Below, piece by piece: positions 10,119 through 19,251 of a stretch of 64,000 nucleotides of DNA (the stretch's first letter is position 1; every line of letters begins with the position of its first letter). The translations under genes were made by a program, and so were the position numbers. Source of the DNA: Trueperaceae bacterium (GTDB lineage Bacteria > Deinococcota > Deinococci > Deinococcales > Trueperaceae). Below the pieces are notes generated by a model that was not told where the DNA came from, made no database searches, and worked only from the letters and a program-made list of their open reading frames with translations. Where the stretch lies: positions 1,312,001 through 1,376,000 of the forward strand of contig OZ243927.1 in assembly GCA_965213925.1 (NCBI GenBank), written 5' to 3'.

Positions 10119-11383
10119 GATTCCTCCATAAGTTGTTTCTCGTCGGACCTGTCAGGTGACGGGTTAGCTTGAAAAGACTTCTCAGGCGTTTGCGCGGCGG
10201 AGTTTTGTACGGGCTGTGCGCCTACCGCTTGCCCCTCTTTCGCGCCCGGTTCAGCTTTGCCTTCGATCATCTCGCGCACGCCGTCGTTCAAAATTCTGCC
10301 TTCATGCGTGAGGAGGCAGCCTTTAACGATGGGGTCATCCAGGGTCAGCTCGACCTCTTTGGTCTCCTTGTTCCACAGGTGGTCCACGAGGTTGGTGAGG
10401 TTGCTCGAGAACATCTGCGAGGCGTCGCGCGCTACCGAGCCGGGCAGGTTGGACAGCCCGATGATCTTCACACCGTTTACTAGGACCTCTTTATCCGGCT
10501 GCGACCCCTCGACGTTGCCGCCCGTGGACGCCGCTAAGTCCACGATCACGCTGCCGGGGCGCATTCCCTTGACCATATCCGCCGTGACGATGCGCGGCGC
10601 GGGACGTCCGAAAAGTTGCGCAGTGGTGATGACGATGTCCGAGTTGGCGCAGACTCTCGCCATGCCTTGACGCTGTTTCCCCAACTGTTCCTCGGTGAGC
10701 GCCTTGGCGTACCCTTGGTCCGTCTGCCCCGTTTCCCCTAGGTCAATCTTCACGAACTTCGCCCCGAGAGATAACACCTGCTCCTCGACCACCGGGCGCG
10801 TATCAAACGCCTCGACCCGCGCGCCCAGCCGCTTCGCCGTCGCAATCGCTTGCAGCCCTGCCACGCCCACGCCGATGATAAAAACCCGTGCAGGCGGAAT
10901 CGTCCCGGCGGGCGTGCTCATCATCGGGAGCGCCTTTTGGATGCGTTCAGCCGCGACGATCACAGCGGCGTAGCCCGCCAAGCTCGCCTGCGAGGACAGC
11001 GCGTCCATCTTCTGCGCGTAGGTGCTGCGCGGGATGAGTTCCATGCAGAGCGCGCTGATCTCCTTTTCTTTGAGCGTTTTGACCAACTCGGGGTTGCGGA
11101 AGGGGTCCATGAGCGAGGCGAGTTTTGCGCCGCGTTTGAACTTCCTGACCTCTTTGGGTGTGGGTACGTTAAGTTGGAGAATCATGTCGGCGCTCTCTAA
11201 GTTGTAGCGGCTGTCCACCTTCGCGCCCACCGCTTCGTAGGCGCTGTCCTCGACACCGATGCTCTCGCCCAAGCCTTTCTCGACGGCGATAGCCACGCCT
11301 AGCTTGACGAGCTTTTCGGCGCTTGCGGGCGTTAGGGGGATACGGGGCTCGCCTTCGGGCTCTTTAAGTACCGCGACGCGCAT
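10115..11383 (-). CDS. pntAA: NAD(P) transhydrogenase alpha subunit part 1 (dI)
   Basis: MRVAVLKE start, MDALSSQ, GVGVAGLQAIATAKRLGA, DLAASTGGN; start placed at ATG 11383 by the family N-terminus. Confidence 0.95.
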   Translation of the reverse strand: MRVAVLKEPEGEPRIPLTPASAEKLVKLGVAIAVEKGLGESIGVEDSAYEAVGAKVDSRYNLESADMILQLNVPTPKEVRKFKRGAKLASLMDPFRNPELVKTLKEKEISALCMELIPRSTYAQKMDALSSQASLAGYAAVIVAAERIQKALPMMSTPAGTIPPARVFIIGVGVAGLQAIATAKRLGARVEAFDTRPVVEEQVLSLGAKFVKIDLGETGQTDQGYAKALTEEQLGKQRQGMARVCANSDIVITTAQLFGRPAPRIVTADMVKGMRPGSVIVDLAASTGGNVEGSQPDKEVLVNGVKIIGLSNLPGSVARDASQMFSSNLTNLVDHLWNKETKEVELTLDDPIVKGCLLTHEGRILNDGVREMIEGKAEPGAKEGQAVGAQPVQNSAAQTPEKSFQANPSPDRSDEKQLMEES

Positions 11384-11689
11384 CAGCGGCTGCCTCGAGG
11401 CTGAACGTGACTTCGGGTCGGGGGGACTCGAGAGAAGTTTTTCATATGGGCTTAGTATACTCAGTTCGAAGGCTCGCACCTGCTGATTTCTCGGTTTATT
11501 GGGTAGCACTGGAACATCAGAAAGCTTCTCAGCTCGTTAGGCTATCAGCATTTCAGGTTTCCCTGTCACGCAGTTTTCGGAACGAAACAAGCTGACAAGC
11601 TGAAAGGCTGACGTGCTGCTTCGTAGAAGCCCTAACCGTAAGCGACCTCATGACACCGCCCCCACACGCTAGCGTTATACTCCTTACTC

Positions 11690-12658
11690 ATGGAGCACTT
11701 AGCAGTTTTGACCAGCGGCGGCGACGCACCCGGCATGAACGCGGCGATTCGCGCCGTGGTGCGCACCGCCATCTACGAGAAAAAGCACATCTCGGGTATC
11801 TATAGGGGCTATCAGGGCCTGATTGATAATAAGATCGAAGAACTCGGTCCGCGCAGCGTCGCGAACATTATTCAGCGCGGCGGCACCTTGCTGCGGAGTG
11901 CCCGGTGTATGCCCTTTATGACGCACGAGGGACGCGAGCAGGCTGCCGAGAACCTGCGCTCACATGGGATCGAGGGGCTCATCGTCATCGGCGGCGACGG
12001 CTCGTTTCGCGGGGCGCACGCGCTCTTTGAAGAACATGGGGTTCCGGTCATCGGCATCCCCGGCACAATTGATAACGACATCTACGGGACGGATGTGACG
12101 GTTGGTTTCAATACTGCCATGAACATCGCGCTGGACGCGATTGACAGGTTGCGCGATACGGCGGCGAGTCACGACCGGCTCTTTCTGGTCGAGGTGATGG
12201 GGCGGCACGCGGGGCACATCGCCTTGAACGTCGGGCTTGCTGGTGGAGCCGAAGCGATTTTAGTCCCCGAAGTCGAAGGGGACGTGGACAGAATCGTCGC
12301 GGACATCGCCGCTGCCCAAGCAAGAGGTAAATCCTCCTCGATTATCGTCGTGGCAGAGGGCGCGTATCCGGGCGGCGCGATGGACCTCAAAGGGCGCATC
12401 GAGGCGGCGTGCGGTTACGAGGTCAGAACGAGCATCCTGGGTCACGTGCAGCGCGGCGGCTCACCCGCGACCCGCGACCGCGTGCTGGCGTCTCGTCTAG
12501 GCTACGCAGCGGTGAAAGGACTCTTGGAGGGACAGACGGATGTGATGGTCGGAACGGACAAGCGCGGCACGGTCTACATTCCCTTAAAAGACACCTGGGA
12601 GAAGCAAAAAGAGATCGACTGGCAGCTTTACGAGATCGCGCGTGTTCTAGCCGTCTGA
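11690..12658 (+). CDS. pfkA: ATP-dependent 6-phosphofructokinase
   Basis: LTSGGDAPGMNAAIR, GGDGS, PGTIDND, VEVMGR, LGHVQRGG. Confidence 0.97.
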   Translation: MEHLAVLTSGGDAPGMNAAIRAVVRTAIYEKKHISGIYRGYQGLIDNKIEELGPRSVANIIQRGGTLLRSARCMPFMTHEGREQAAENLRSHGIEGLIVIGGDGSFRGAHALFEEHGVPVIGIPGTIDNDIYGTDVTVGFNTAMNIALDAIDRLRDTAASHDRLFLVEVMGRHAGHIALNVGLAGGAEAILVPEVEGDVDRIVADIAAAQARGKSSSIIVVAEGAYPGGAMDLKGRIEAACGYEVRTSILGHVQRGGSPATRDRVLASRLGYAAVKGLLEGQTDVMVGTDKRGTVYIPLKDTWEKQKEIDWQLYEIARVLAV

Positions 12659-12709
12659 TGCGGATTCCGACTGATTCGCGCACGAAAGCGAATCAGTCGG
12701 AATGGGTAT
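12658..12709. terminator. Palindromic small repeat acting as a probable bidirectional terminator between convergent pfkA and fbaB
   Basis: 16-bp stem ATTCCGACTGATTCGC/GCGAATCAGTCGGAAT; resembles the start of the 63514-63649 element. Confidence 0.65.
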
Positions 12710-12714
12710 TAGAA

Positions 12715-13656
12715 CTAGCTCGAGAAGACCTCTTCCCCTTTGCCCTGATAGATATCCATCACATTCCCTAAAAAGCGCACCGCGTCGTCTTTGGGGCGCT
12801 GGAACGAGTTGCGCCCGATGATCGAGCCGTTACCGCCGCCCTGGTAGATGCCGCGGATGTCCTCTAAGAAACTCTCCTCGCTCGCCTTGGAGCCGCCTGA
12901 GAAGACGACGATGCGCCTGCCGTTAAAGGTGCTCTTCATCACGTAGCGCACGCGCTCGGCGACAGAACTTTTGGCGATGCTATGCTCCTCGAACTTGTCC
13001 TTATCTTTGTCTAGCTCCAGGTGCTCGGTCGGCAGTTTTACCTTGACGATGTTCGCGCCTAACTGTGCCGCGATCTGCGCGGCGTACGCCACCACGTCAA
13101 CCGCCGTTTCGCCCTCTTTGGAAAGCGACGAGCCTCGAGGATAGGACCAAATCACAACGGCTAACCCGTGCCGCTTGGCGTCTTGCCCGATGGCGCGAAT
13201 CTCTTCGTACATCGACTTGAAGTGCGCCGAGCCTGGATAGATGGTGTAGCCGACGGCTGTGCAGCCGAGCCGCAGGGCATCCTCTACCGACGCTGTCACG
13301 GACGGAATAGGGTCGTCGCCGTCTGCAGCCATCGAATCGTGGTTGTTGAGCTTGAGGATGAGGGGCACGTCGCCTACGAATTCCGCCGCCGCCGCCTCGA
13401 GCGAGCCTAGCGGCGCGGCGTAAGCGTTGCAGCCCGCGTCAACCGCGAGTTGATAGTGGTAGCTGGGGTCGTAACCTTCGGGGTTGTCTGCGAAGGAGCG
13501 CGTCGGACCGTGTTCGAAGCCCTGATCCACGGGTAAAATCACCATCTTGCCCGTGCCCCCGAGCGTTCCGTGGTTGAGCATCCGCGCTAAATTGGTGAGC
13601 ACACCGGGGTTCTCACCCGCGTAGTTGTCCAAAATTTTTTTAACTTCTCGCTTCAT
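12715..13656 (-). CDS. fbaB: Class I fructose-bisphosphate aldolase (FbaB/DhnA type)
   Basis: ILPVDQGFEHGP, ALRLGC.AVGYTIYPGS, WSYPRG, IVKVK, IIGRNSFQRP. Confidence 0.93.
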   Translation of the reverse strand: MKREVKKILDNYAGENPGVLTNLARMLNHGTLGGTGKMVILPVDQGFEHGPTRSFADNPEGYDPSYHYQLAVDAGCNAYAAPLGSLEAAAAEFVGDVPLILKLNNHDSMAADGDDPIPSVTASVEDALRLGCTAVGYTIYPGSAHFKSMYEEIRAIGQDAKRHGLAVVIWSYPRGSSLSKEGETAVDVVAYAAQIAAQLGANIVKVKLPTEHLELDKDKDKFEEHSIAKSSVAERVRYVMKSTFNGRRIVVFSGGSKASEESFLEDIRGIYQGGGNGSIIGRNSFQRPKDDAVRFLGNVMDIYQGKGEEVFSS

Positions 13657-13697
13657 ACTTTATTAGCCTCCCAAAATTGATAATAAAACTGCACTGT

Positions 13698-14693
13698 CTA
13701 AGCGGTCTGTTTCTGGCTGAGTTCTCGGTACAACTCGACCTCACGTTTGCTGCCGATGATTAGAGGAACGCGCTGGTGAATCTCTTCAGGGTCGATGTCC
13801 AGGATACGCTCTTTACCGCTTGTCGCCGCGCCGCCCGCTTCTTCCGCGATCAAGGCTAAAGGAGCGCACTCATAAAGAAGGCGCAGCTTGCCGTCGGGCT
13901 TCTCCTCGTCTTCGGGGTAGTAGTAGACGCCGCCTTCGAACAAAATGCGGTGCAAGTCCGCTAAGAGCGCGCCCGAATAGCGCAGAGAATAAGGACCGTT
14001 GTCTAGCGCCATAAAGTGATCAGAAAACTTTTTGGCGGGCTCGTTCCAGTAGTTGTAGCGGCCTACGTTCGCACTAAAGGTGTCGCCCTGCTCGGGCATC
14101 TTGATGTCAGGCTCGATGAGCACGAACTCGCCGATCTGGTGGTCTAAAACGAAGGAGTGAACCCCGTCTTTCGCGGTGTAGACGAGCGTCGTGGAGGGAC
14201 CGTACATGATGTAGCCCGCCGCGACCTGCTCGCTGCCGCGCTGCTTTAGAGATTCTTCCAAGGACCCTTCGATGTCGTGAACCGAAAAGATTGAGCCGAT
14301 GATACCGTTCGTGTCCACGTTCGAGGAGCCGTCCACGGGGTCTACCATGATGGCGTAGCCGCCCCTAAGGTCATGCTCCCGAAATGCCCGCGCTTCGCTC
14401 ATCTCTTCAGAGACGAGCATCCCGACGATGTCCACGTACTCGAACGCCTCGACGAAGACGCGGTTGCCGAGTTCGTCCAACTGCTTGACCTTCTCGCCCT
14501 GCACGTTCTCCTCGCCCGTCGTGCCCAAAAGCCCGTCGAGTGCAGCGCGACTCATATAGTTCGAGATGATCTTGGCGACCGTGCCGATTTGCCCCATGAA
14601 GCGTGTGAAACTGCCCGACGCTTCGGGGTATTTACGCTGCTGCTCGACGAGAAAACGGTCGAGCGTGATGTACTTACTCTGCGGCGCGTCCAT
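13698..14693 (-). CDS. fbp: Class 1 fructose-1,6-bisphosphatase
   Basis: NVQGE, SEE, DPVDGSSN, RYSGA..AD.HR, GKLRLLYECAP; start at 14693 (RBS present) or 14720. Confidence 0.95.
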   Translation of the reverse strand: MDAPQSKYITLDRFLVEQQRKYPEASGSFTRFMGQIGTVAKIISNYMSRAALDGLLGTTGEENVQGEKVKQLDELGNRVFVEAFEYVDIVGMLVSEEMSEARAFREHDLRGGYAIMVDPVDGSSNVDTNGIIGSIFSVHDIEGSLEESLKQRGSEQVAAGYIMYGPSTTLVYTAKDGVHSFVLDHQIGEFVLIEPDIKMPEQGDTFSANVGRYNYWNEPAKKFSDHFMALDNGPYSLRYSGALLADLHRILFEGGVYYYPEDEEKPDGKLRLLYECAPLALIAEEAGGAATSGKERILDIDPEEIHQRVPLIIGSKREVELYRELSQKQTA

Positions 14694-14917
14694 AATCCTC
14701 CCTTTTCTAGTAGGTATCATCTGACGGAGAATGCCCTCGCCAACAGAACGCTAACGAGTACGCTCTAGGATGATCCCTTTAACACTAAGATTTCATAAGC
14801 GTGCTTTAAGCTCAGTGATAACGCTATATTCAGAGCCTTGGTTCTTGACTTTAGCGAGTGCGCGTCCTGAATAATGTATTGACTAATGCTTTTAGCGCCG
14901 CCGAGATGAAGCTCCGC

Positions 14918-16000
14918 CTATAAGCTATAGCGGTAGAGGGTGTAACTTTGCCTCCGCTCCGCCCCCAACCCTTCTAAAATCTCGCCCGTCTTACGCGGAA
15001 GTTCGAGACTCAACGTTTCCCAGCCCTGCTCACGCGCCGTTAAGAGAGCGCGCGACAGGAGGTGACGGGCGACCCCGCGACCTCTAAACTCGCCCAAAAC
15101 GCCGAGGAAGAGGAGGCGTCCGCTCAGAACCTCTTGTTTTCGAAAGCGCAGCAGACCTCTTCTCTCAGGCGTGTCAGGTTGCGTGAGAACGAAGCCCGCA
15201 GGTTGACCCTCGACTTCAGCGAGCCAAGCGTGGAGCGGAGAGGCGCTCAGCCATTTCAACATCCTTTCAGCTTCCTCCTCGTCAGGAGGTGAAAACGTTG
15301 GATTCGCGGCGCAAGCGCTCTGCAAGAGAGGCAGCAAGTCTCCAGCTAACCTCTTGGGTTCGAAAGAGGACAGCGTCGCGGGCGAGTCACCTTCTATTTG
15401 AACGTCCGCGGCGAGGTGATAAAGCTGCAACGCCTCAACAGGTTTCATCAGGCTTTGGCAAAGTTCGTCTAGGTAGGGCGGGTTATAGGGCGTGTATAAG
15501 GGCGACGTGAGGTGCCAGTGGCTCGTCAGCACGCCGCTTCCTAGGTGCGGAAAGAGGTGCGCCGGTCCGATAAGGGTGCGAATTCCGTGCGGGCGCAGGT
15601 GTTCGGTCAAGGACTCGAGCAACACCCCGAGCGTGTCCCTATCGTTGACGGTATGCAGAAAACTCAAATACCCTACGTCTCGCCTGAGCGGGTCGGGGCG
15701 GACCATGGCGGCGGCGACGGCGGATTCGAAGCTCGAGCCTCTGAGCGTCGGGTTTTGGGGCAGCGCGTCCACGTAGATGAGGTGCGTTTCTCGGTCGCGC
15801 AGTTCGCGGCGCAAGCTCGCTCTATGCGGCGGAACCCAGCGCGGGTCGCGGTTGGCGATACGCCGCCACTTGCCGATGAATTCGCGGCGCTGCCAGCGAG
15901 ATTCAGCCTTGTAGACGCGGTGGTTGAAGAGGTTCAGCTTAGGCTCGATCCCACTCGTATTCCATGCGCCGCGCTGTCCACTGCGCAACCGCTTGCCCAT
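14918..16000 (-). CDS. GNAT family N-acetyltransferase (YghO-like two-domain)
   Basis: DPRWVPP, PYNPPY, GFVLTQPD, LGV..EFRGRGVA acetyl-CoA motif; start codon uncertain. Confidence 0.75.
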   Translation of the reverse strand: MGKRLRSGQRGAWNTSGIEPKLNLFNHRVYKAESRWQRREFIGKWRRIANRDPRWVPPHRASLRRELRDRETHLIYVDALPQNPTLRGSSFESAVAAAMVRPDPLRRDVGYLSFLHTVNDRDTLGVLLESLTEHLRPHGIRTLIGPAHLFPHLGSGVLTSHWHLTSPLYTPYNPPYLDELCQSLMKPVEALQLYHLAADVQIEGDSPATLSSFEPKRLAGDLLPLLQSACAANPTFSPPDEEEAERMLKWLSASPLHAWLAEVEGQPAGFVLTQPDTPERRGLLRFRKQEVLSGRLLFLGVLGEFRGRGVARHLLSRALLTAREQGWETLSLELPRKTGEILEGLGAERRQSYTLYRYSL

Positions 16001-16541
16001 GCAACTGCTCGACGACGTGCAGCGACATATCGATCCCCGCCGAAATCCCCGCCGAGGTGACGATGCGCCCTTCATCCACATAACGAACTTCTTCTAACAT
16101 TTCCACCTGTGGATACGTCTCGCGCATAAAGTCGATGCTGCCCCAATGTGTCGTCGCTTTCTTGCCGTCTAAAAGACCTCTTTCAGCCAACAAAAACGCA
16201 CCTGTGCAGACGCTTAGGGTGAGTTCGGTCTGTTTATCTTGCGCCTCGACCCAATCTAAAAGCTTTTGATTATGCCGCTCGCGCCGCGTCCCCTGTCCGC
16301 CCGGAACGACGATGAGGTCAAAAGCTGGCGCGTTGTCTACCTTGTAGTGAGGCTTTACGAGCAACCCGCCGCGACACCTGACGGTTTTATCCTCTTCCGC
16401 CACGGTAAAGACCTGAAAGAGACGCGCTTCGTCGTCCTTAACGCCCTCGGGTCTCGCTACAGAAAAGACCTCGAAAGGTCCGCAGAAGTCCAACACTTCC
16501 ACCTCGCTAAAGATGAGGATGCCTACCGTACGTGGGATCAT
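15939..16541 (-). CDS. DJ-1/PfpI family protein
   Basis: EVLDFCGPFEVF, VPGG, SVCTGA.LLA, ATTHW, TSAGISAGID. Confidence 0.93.
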   Translation of the reverse strand: MIPRTVGILIFSEVEVLDFCGPFEVFSVARPEGVKDDEARLFQVFTVAEEDKTVRCRGGLLVKPHYKVDNAPAFDLIVVPGGQGTRRERHNQKLLDWVEAQDKQTELTLSVCTGAFLLAERGLLDGKKATTHWGSIDFMRETYPQVEMLEEVRYVDEGRIVTSAGISAGIDMSLHVVEQLHGQAVAQWTARRMEYEWDRA

Positions 16542-16677
16542 AAGAGCATTATAGCGTCGTAACCAAACACGCGGCTATCTCACGGACTCAATGCGAAAGG
16601 CGGATATGAAAGATTTTATGAGGGGCTCTACGCTTACTCGATAAGGTGGTGTATAGCGTACAAGGAGACGCTCAACG

Positions 16678-17190
16678 ATGTTTTACGTTCTGAACAAAAT
16701 CGGCCACCTCTTACTCGCATGTCTGCTACTCAACGCAGCCTTTATCGCCACTGCTCAGTCAGATAGAACACAACGCCCCGCGCAACAACCCGAAAACTGG
16801 GGCGCAGTAGCGCTCGGTCTAACCTCTTTGGACGCGCAAGTGGGCTGGTACGACCTGGGCGGCTCTCCAGCGGATGTGCGCGTGATGGCGAGCTATCTCT
16901 TGCAGCGCGATTACATGCTGAGCGCCGATGTTCTTTGGATGACTAATAAACGTTCAGGCTTCTATGCTGGCGGCGGCTTCGGTGCGATTACTTCCTCGAG
17001 GTCTATTCTCCTCGGAACGCATTTCAATATAGGCGGCGACATCCCCATCAATCAGGACAGCGGTATTGTGATCGACTCGAGCCTCGGCTTCTATCCCGTC
17101 CTGTTGCTAGACAATATGGACCCAGAAGAGCCGGGCATGTTCGTTCCGGTATTCTTCCGCTTAGGCGTAGGCTACAGGTGGACGTTCTAA
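16678..17190 (+). CDS. Exported hypothetical protein, possible small outer-membrane beta-barrel
   Basis: Signal peptide, alternating beta-strand pattern (FYAGGGFG), C-terminal GVGYRWTF ending in Phe. Confidence 0.65.
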   Translation: MFYVLNKIGHLLLACLLLNAAFIATAQSDRTQRPAQQPENWGAVALGLTSLDAQVGWYDLGGSPADVRVMASYLLQRDYMLSADVLWMTNKRSGFYAGGGFGAITSSRSILLGTHFNIGGDIPINQDSGIVIDSSLGFYPVLLLDNMDPEEPGMFVPVFFRLGVGYRWTF

Positions 17191-17244
17191 GAAAGTGTCA
17201 GCCAGGGCGCTGCCCTATCCGTACATAGCCGCGATGCTAGAGGG

Positions 17245-17790
17245 ATGACTCCTCCTTGGCTTTCCCCCTGGCGCACCGCCTTTCATAGAAATAAAGACCG
17301 CTTCGTCCAACTCGCCACCGTCTCGCCGGGCGGTCTGCCCGAGGTGCGCACCGTCGTGCTAAGAGGTTTAGCGGACGACACAGGTCTCCCTTATTTTTTC
17401 AGCGACGCTAGGAGCGCCAAGTACCGCGCTCTGAACGCGGGCTCGCAGATGTCGCTGCATATTTGGTGGGGTGAAACGAGCGAACAGTTCCGGCTGCGCG
17501 GCGAGGTCGAAATCATCCAGAGCGAAAACCATTCTTGGGGACAGCGCCGCCAAGAGCTATGGTGGTCGCAAGGCGAACAGAACCGCCGCCTCTTCTTACG
17601 CCAGCCGCCCGGCACGCCCGCCCAAGAAACACCGACTGATGTAGAAGACCAGACCAAACCCCCTGAGCACTTCGCGCTGATGATTTTGCATCCTAAGTAC
17701 GTGGATTACCTCAAACTTGGCGACCCGCAGGAGCGGTTTATCTGGGGGCTCGAGGGGGGCGAGTGGCAGGGGGGGCAGGTTGTTCCCTAA
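17245..17790 (+). CDS. Pyridoxamine 5'-phosphate oxidase-related FMN-binding protein
   Basis: QLATV..G.PEVRTVV.RG, SDARS.K, EQFRLRG, VDYLKL. Confidence 0.88.
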   Translation: MTPPWLSPWRTAFHRNKDRFVQLATVSPGGLPEVRTVVLRGLADDTGLPYFFSDARSAKYRALNAGSQMSLHIWWGETSEQFRLRGEVEIIQSENHSWGQRRQELWWSQGEQNRRLFLRQPPGTPAQETPTDVEDQTKPPEHFALMILHPKYVDYLKLGDPQERFIWGLEGGEWQGGQVVP

Positions 17791-17799
17791 AAAAGTTGA

Positions 17800-17905
17800 A
17801 AGGACTGAGTGCTGTTACGTAGTTTCTGCGTAGCAGAGGGACTGAGAGAAAAGAACTTTAACCTCAGTCCCTTCGCTTCGCGAAAACTTTCGTAACAGTC
17901 CTTTT
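17800..17905. repeat. Short GGACTGAG/CTCAGTCC inverted-repeat cluster between convergent genes
   Basis: AGGACTGAG, GGGACTGAG ... CTCAGTCCC, ACAGTCCTTT; the same motif recurs at 21260-21324 and near 41908. Confidence 0.55.
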
Positions 17906-17915
17906 CTCTCGCCTT

Positions 17916-18617
17916 TCACCACTCCACCCGCTCCCCATCCCGGAAAAAGCCCCCTGTCGGTCCGCCATTCGGTAAGGTCGCCACCCACACCACGCTCGCC
18001 GCGCCGTCCTCGACCGGTCGTCCGCCCGAGCCGCCCATATCGGTCGCCACCCAGCCCGGACCTGCCGCGTTGACCAAGACGCCGCTGCTTTTAAGCTCGG
18101 AGGAGAGCATCAGCGTAAGGGCGTTTAAGGCGGCTTTGGACATGCTGTACGCGGGCGTGCCGCCCGACATGCCGCGCAGAGAACCCGCGCCGGAGGAGAC
18201 GTTGACGAGTCGCCCGTGTTCGCTTCTTTTGAGAAGTGGGACAAAGGTCTGCGCGGCGCGCCAAGGTCCGAGGGTGTTGACCTCGAAGACGTGCTTGACT
18301 CTCTCTAAGTCGGCGCTGAGGACGTTTTGGTCGGTGTCGTAGTCGATGCCGGCGTTGTTGACGAGCACGTCCAAGCGTCCGTATTCGCCCTCGAGCCACT
18401 CGTACACCTCTCGCAACGTCTCTTCGTCCGTCACGTCGAGCTGTTTAGCGGTGACATTCAACTCTTCATCTTGTAACCTCTTAGCAGCCTCTTCGCCCTT
18501 CGCAGCGTCGCGTGAGCCTAAGATGACGGCGTAACCCTTTCGCGCAAGTTGACGGCAAACTTCGAAGCCGATGCCCCGGTTGCCGCCTGTAACGAGTACG
18601 ACAGATTCGTCCTTCAC
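17916..18617 (-). CDS. SDR family oxidoreductase (carbonyl reductase-like)
   Basis: TGGNRGIG, NNAG, YSMSK, PGWVATDMGG. Confidence 0.93.
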   Translation of the reverse strand: MKDESVVLVTGGNRGIGFEVCRQLARKGYAVILGSRDAAKGEEAAKRLQDEELNVTAKQLDVTDEETLREVYEWLEGEYGRLDVLVNNAGIDYDTDQNVLSADLERVKHVFEVNTLGPWRAAQTFVPLLKRSEHGRLVNVSSGAGSLRGMSGGTPAYSMSKAALNALTLMLSSELKSSGVLVNAAGPGWVATDMGGSGGRPVEDGAASVVWVATLPNGGPTGGFFRDGERVEW

Positions 18618-18864
18618 AAAGATATCCTCCTGAATACAGCGTTTAGCAGCGCAGGCTCAGCATACGACGAAACTCCTTTGGGGCGTAGTCTGCAACGGTA
18701 GCGCCTTCACGCTTTACAGCAACCGAAATTGAGAACGCAGACTCAGCTTACTGTTCGAGGAAGGGAGCGGTGCTCACAGGTCATCACGGGAGGGTAGGGG
18801 GATTTTGGGGTCTTACGAAGTTGGAGAGGTCAAGCAAGGTACTGTACGCTTGAGGAGATTGACG

Positions 18865-19251
18865 ATGTCGGGATGCATCCAGGGACACGGCTATATTGAC
18901 GAGGAAGACGACAAACTTCTCTTTTGGAAAGTGGAGACGCTCTGGCGTTTGGCTGAGGCACTACCCATTCAGCATCTACCCTTGGAAGAAATTTACTGGG
19001 CAGACGATAACTGTGCCTATTTGGAGGAGGATGATTCATACTTAAACTTCGCTAAGCATGTCAAGCGTGTGTTAGACGCCGACCTATCTTTCCCGATTAT
19101 TATAAGTTCAAAGGGTATTGTCATGGACGGGATGCACCGACTTGTCAAGGCGCATATATTTGGCGTACCTACGGTCAAAGCTGTTCGTTTTAGTGAGATG
19201 CCGCCACCCGACTGCGTAGAACGTAAGAATGAGCGTAATTCAACCGGCTAA
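18865..19251 (+). CDS. Stand-alone ParB/Srx-like N-terminal domain protein
   Basis: ADLSFPIII...VMDGMHRLVKA motif; GAGGAG RBS before ATG 18865. Confidence 0.7.
   Translation: MSGCIQGHGYIDEEDDKLLFWKVETLWRLAEALPIQHLPLEEIYWADDNCAYLEEDDSYLNFAKHVKRVLDADLSFPIIISSKGIVMDGMHRLVKAHIFGVPTVKAVRFSEMPPPDCVERKNERNSTG

Noticed and set aside
11384..11509. N-terminal extension of PntAA shown in the ORF track
   Set aside because: Family homology begins at MRVAVLKE, and the extension overlaps the promoter and uORF
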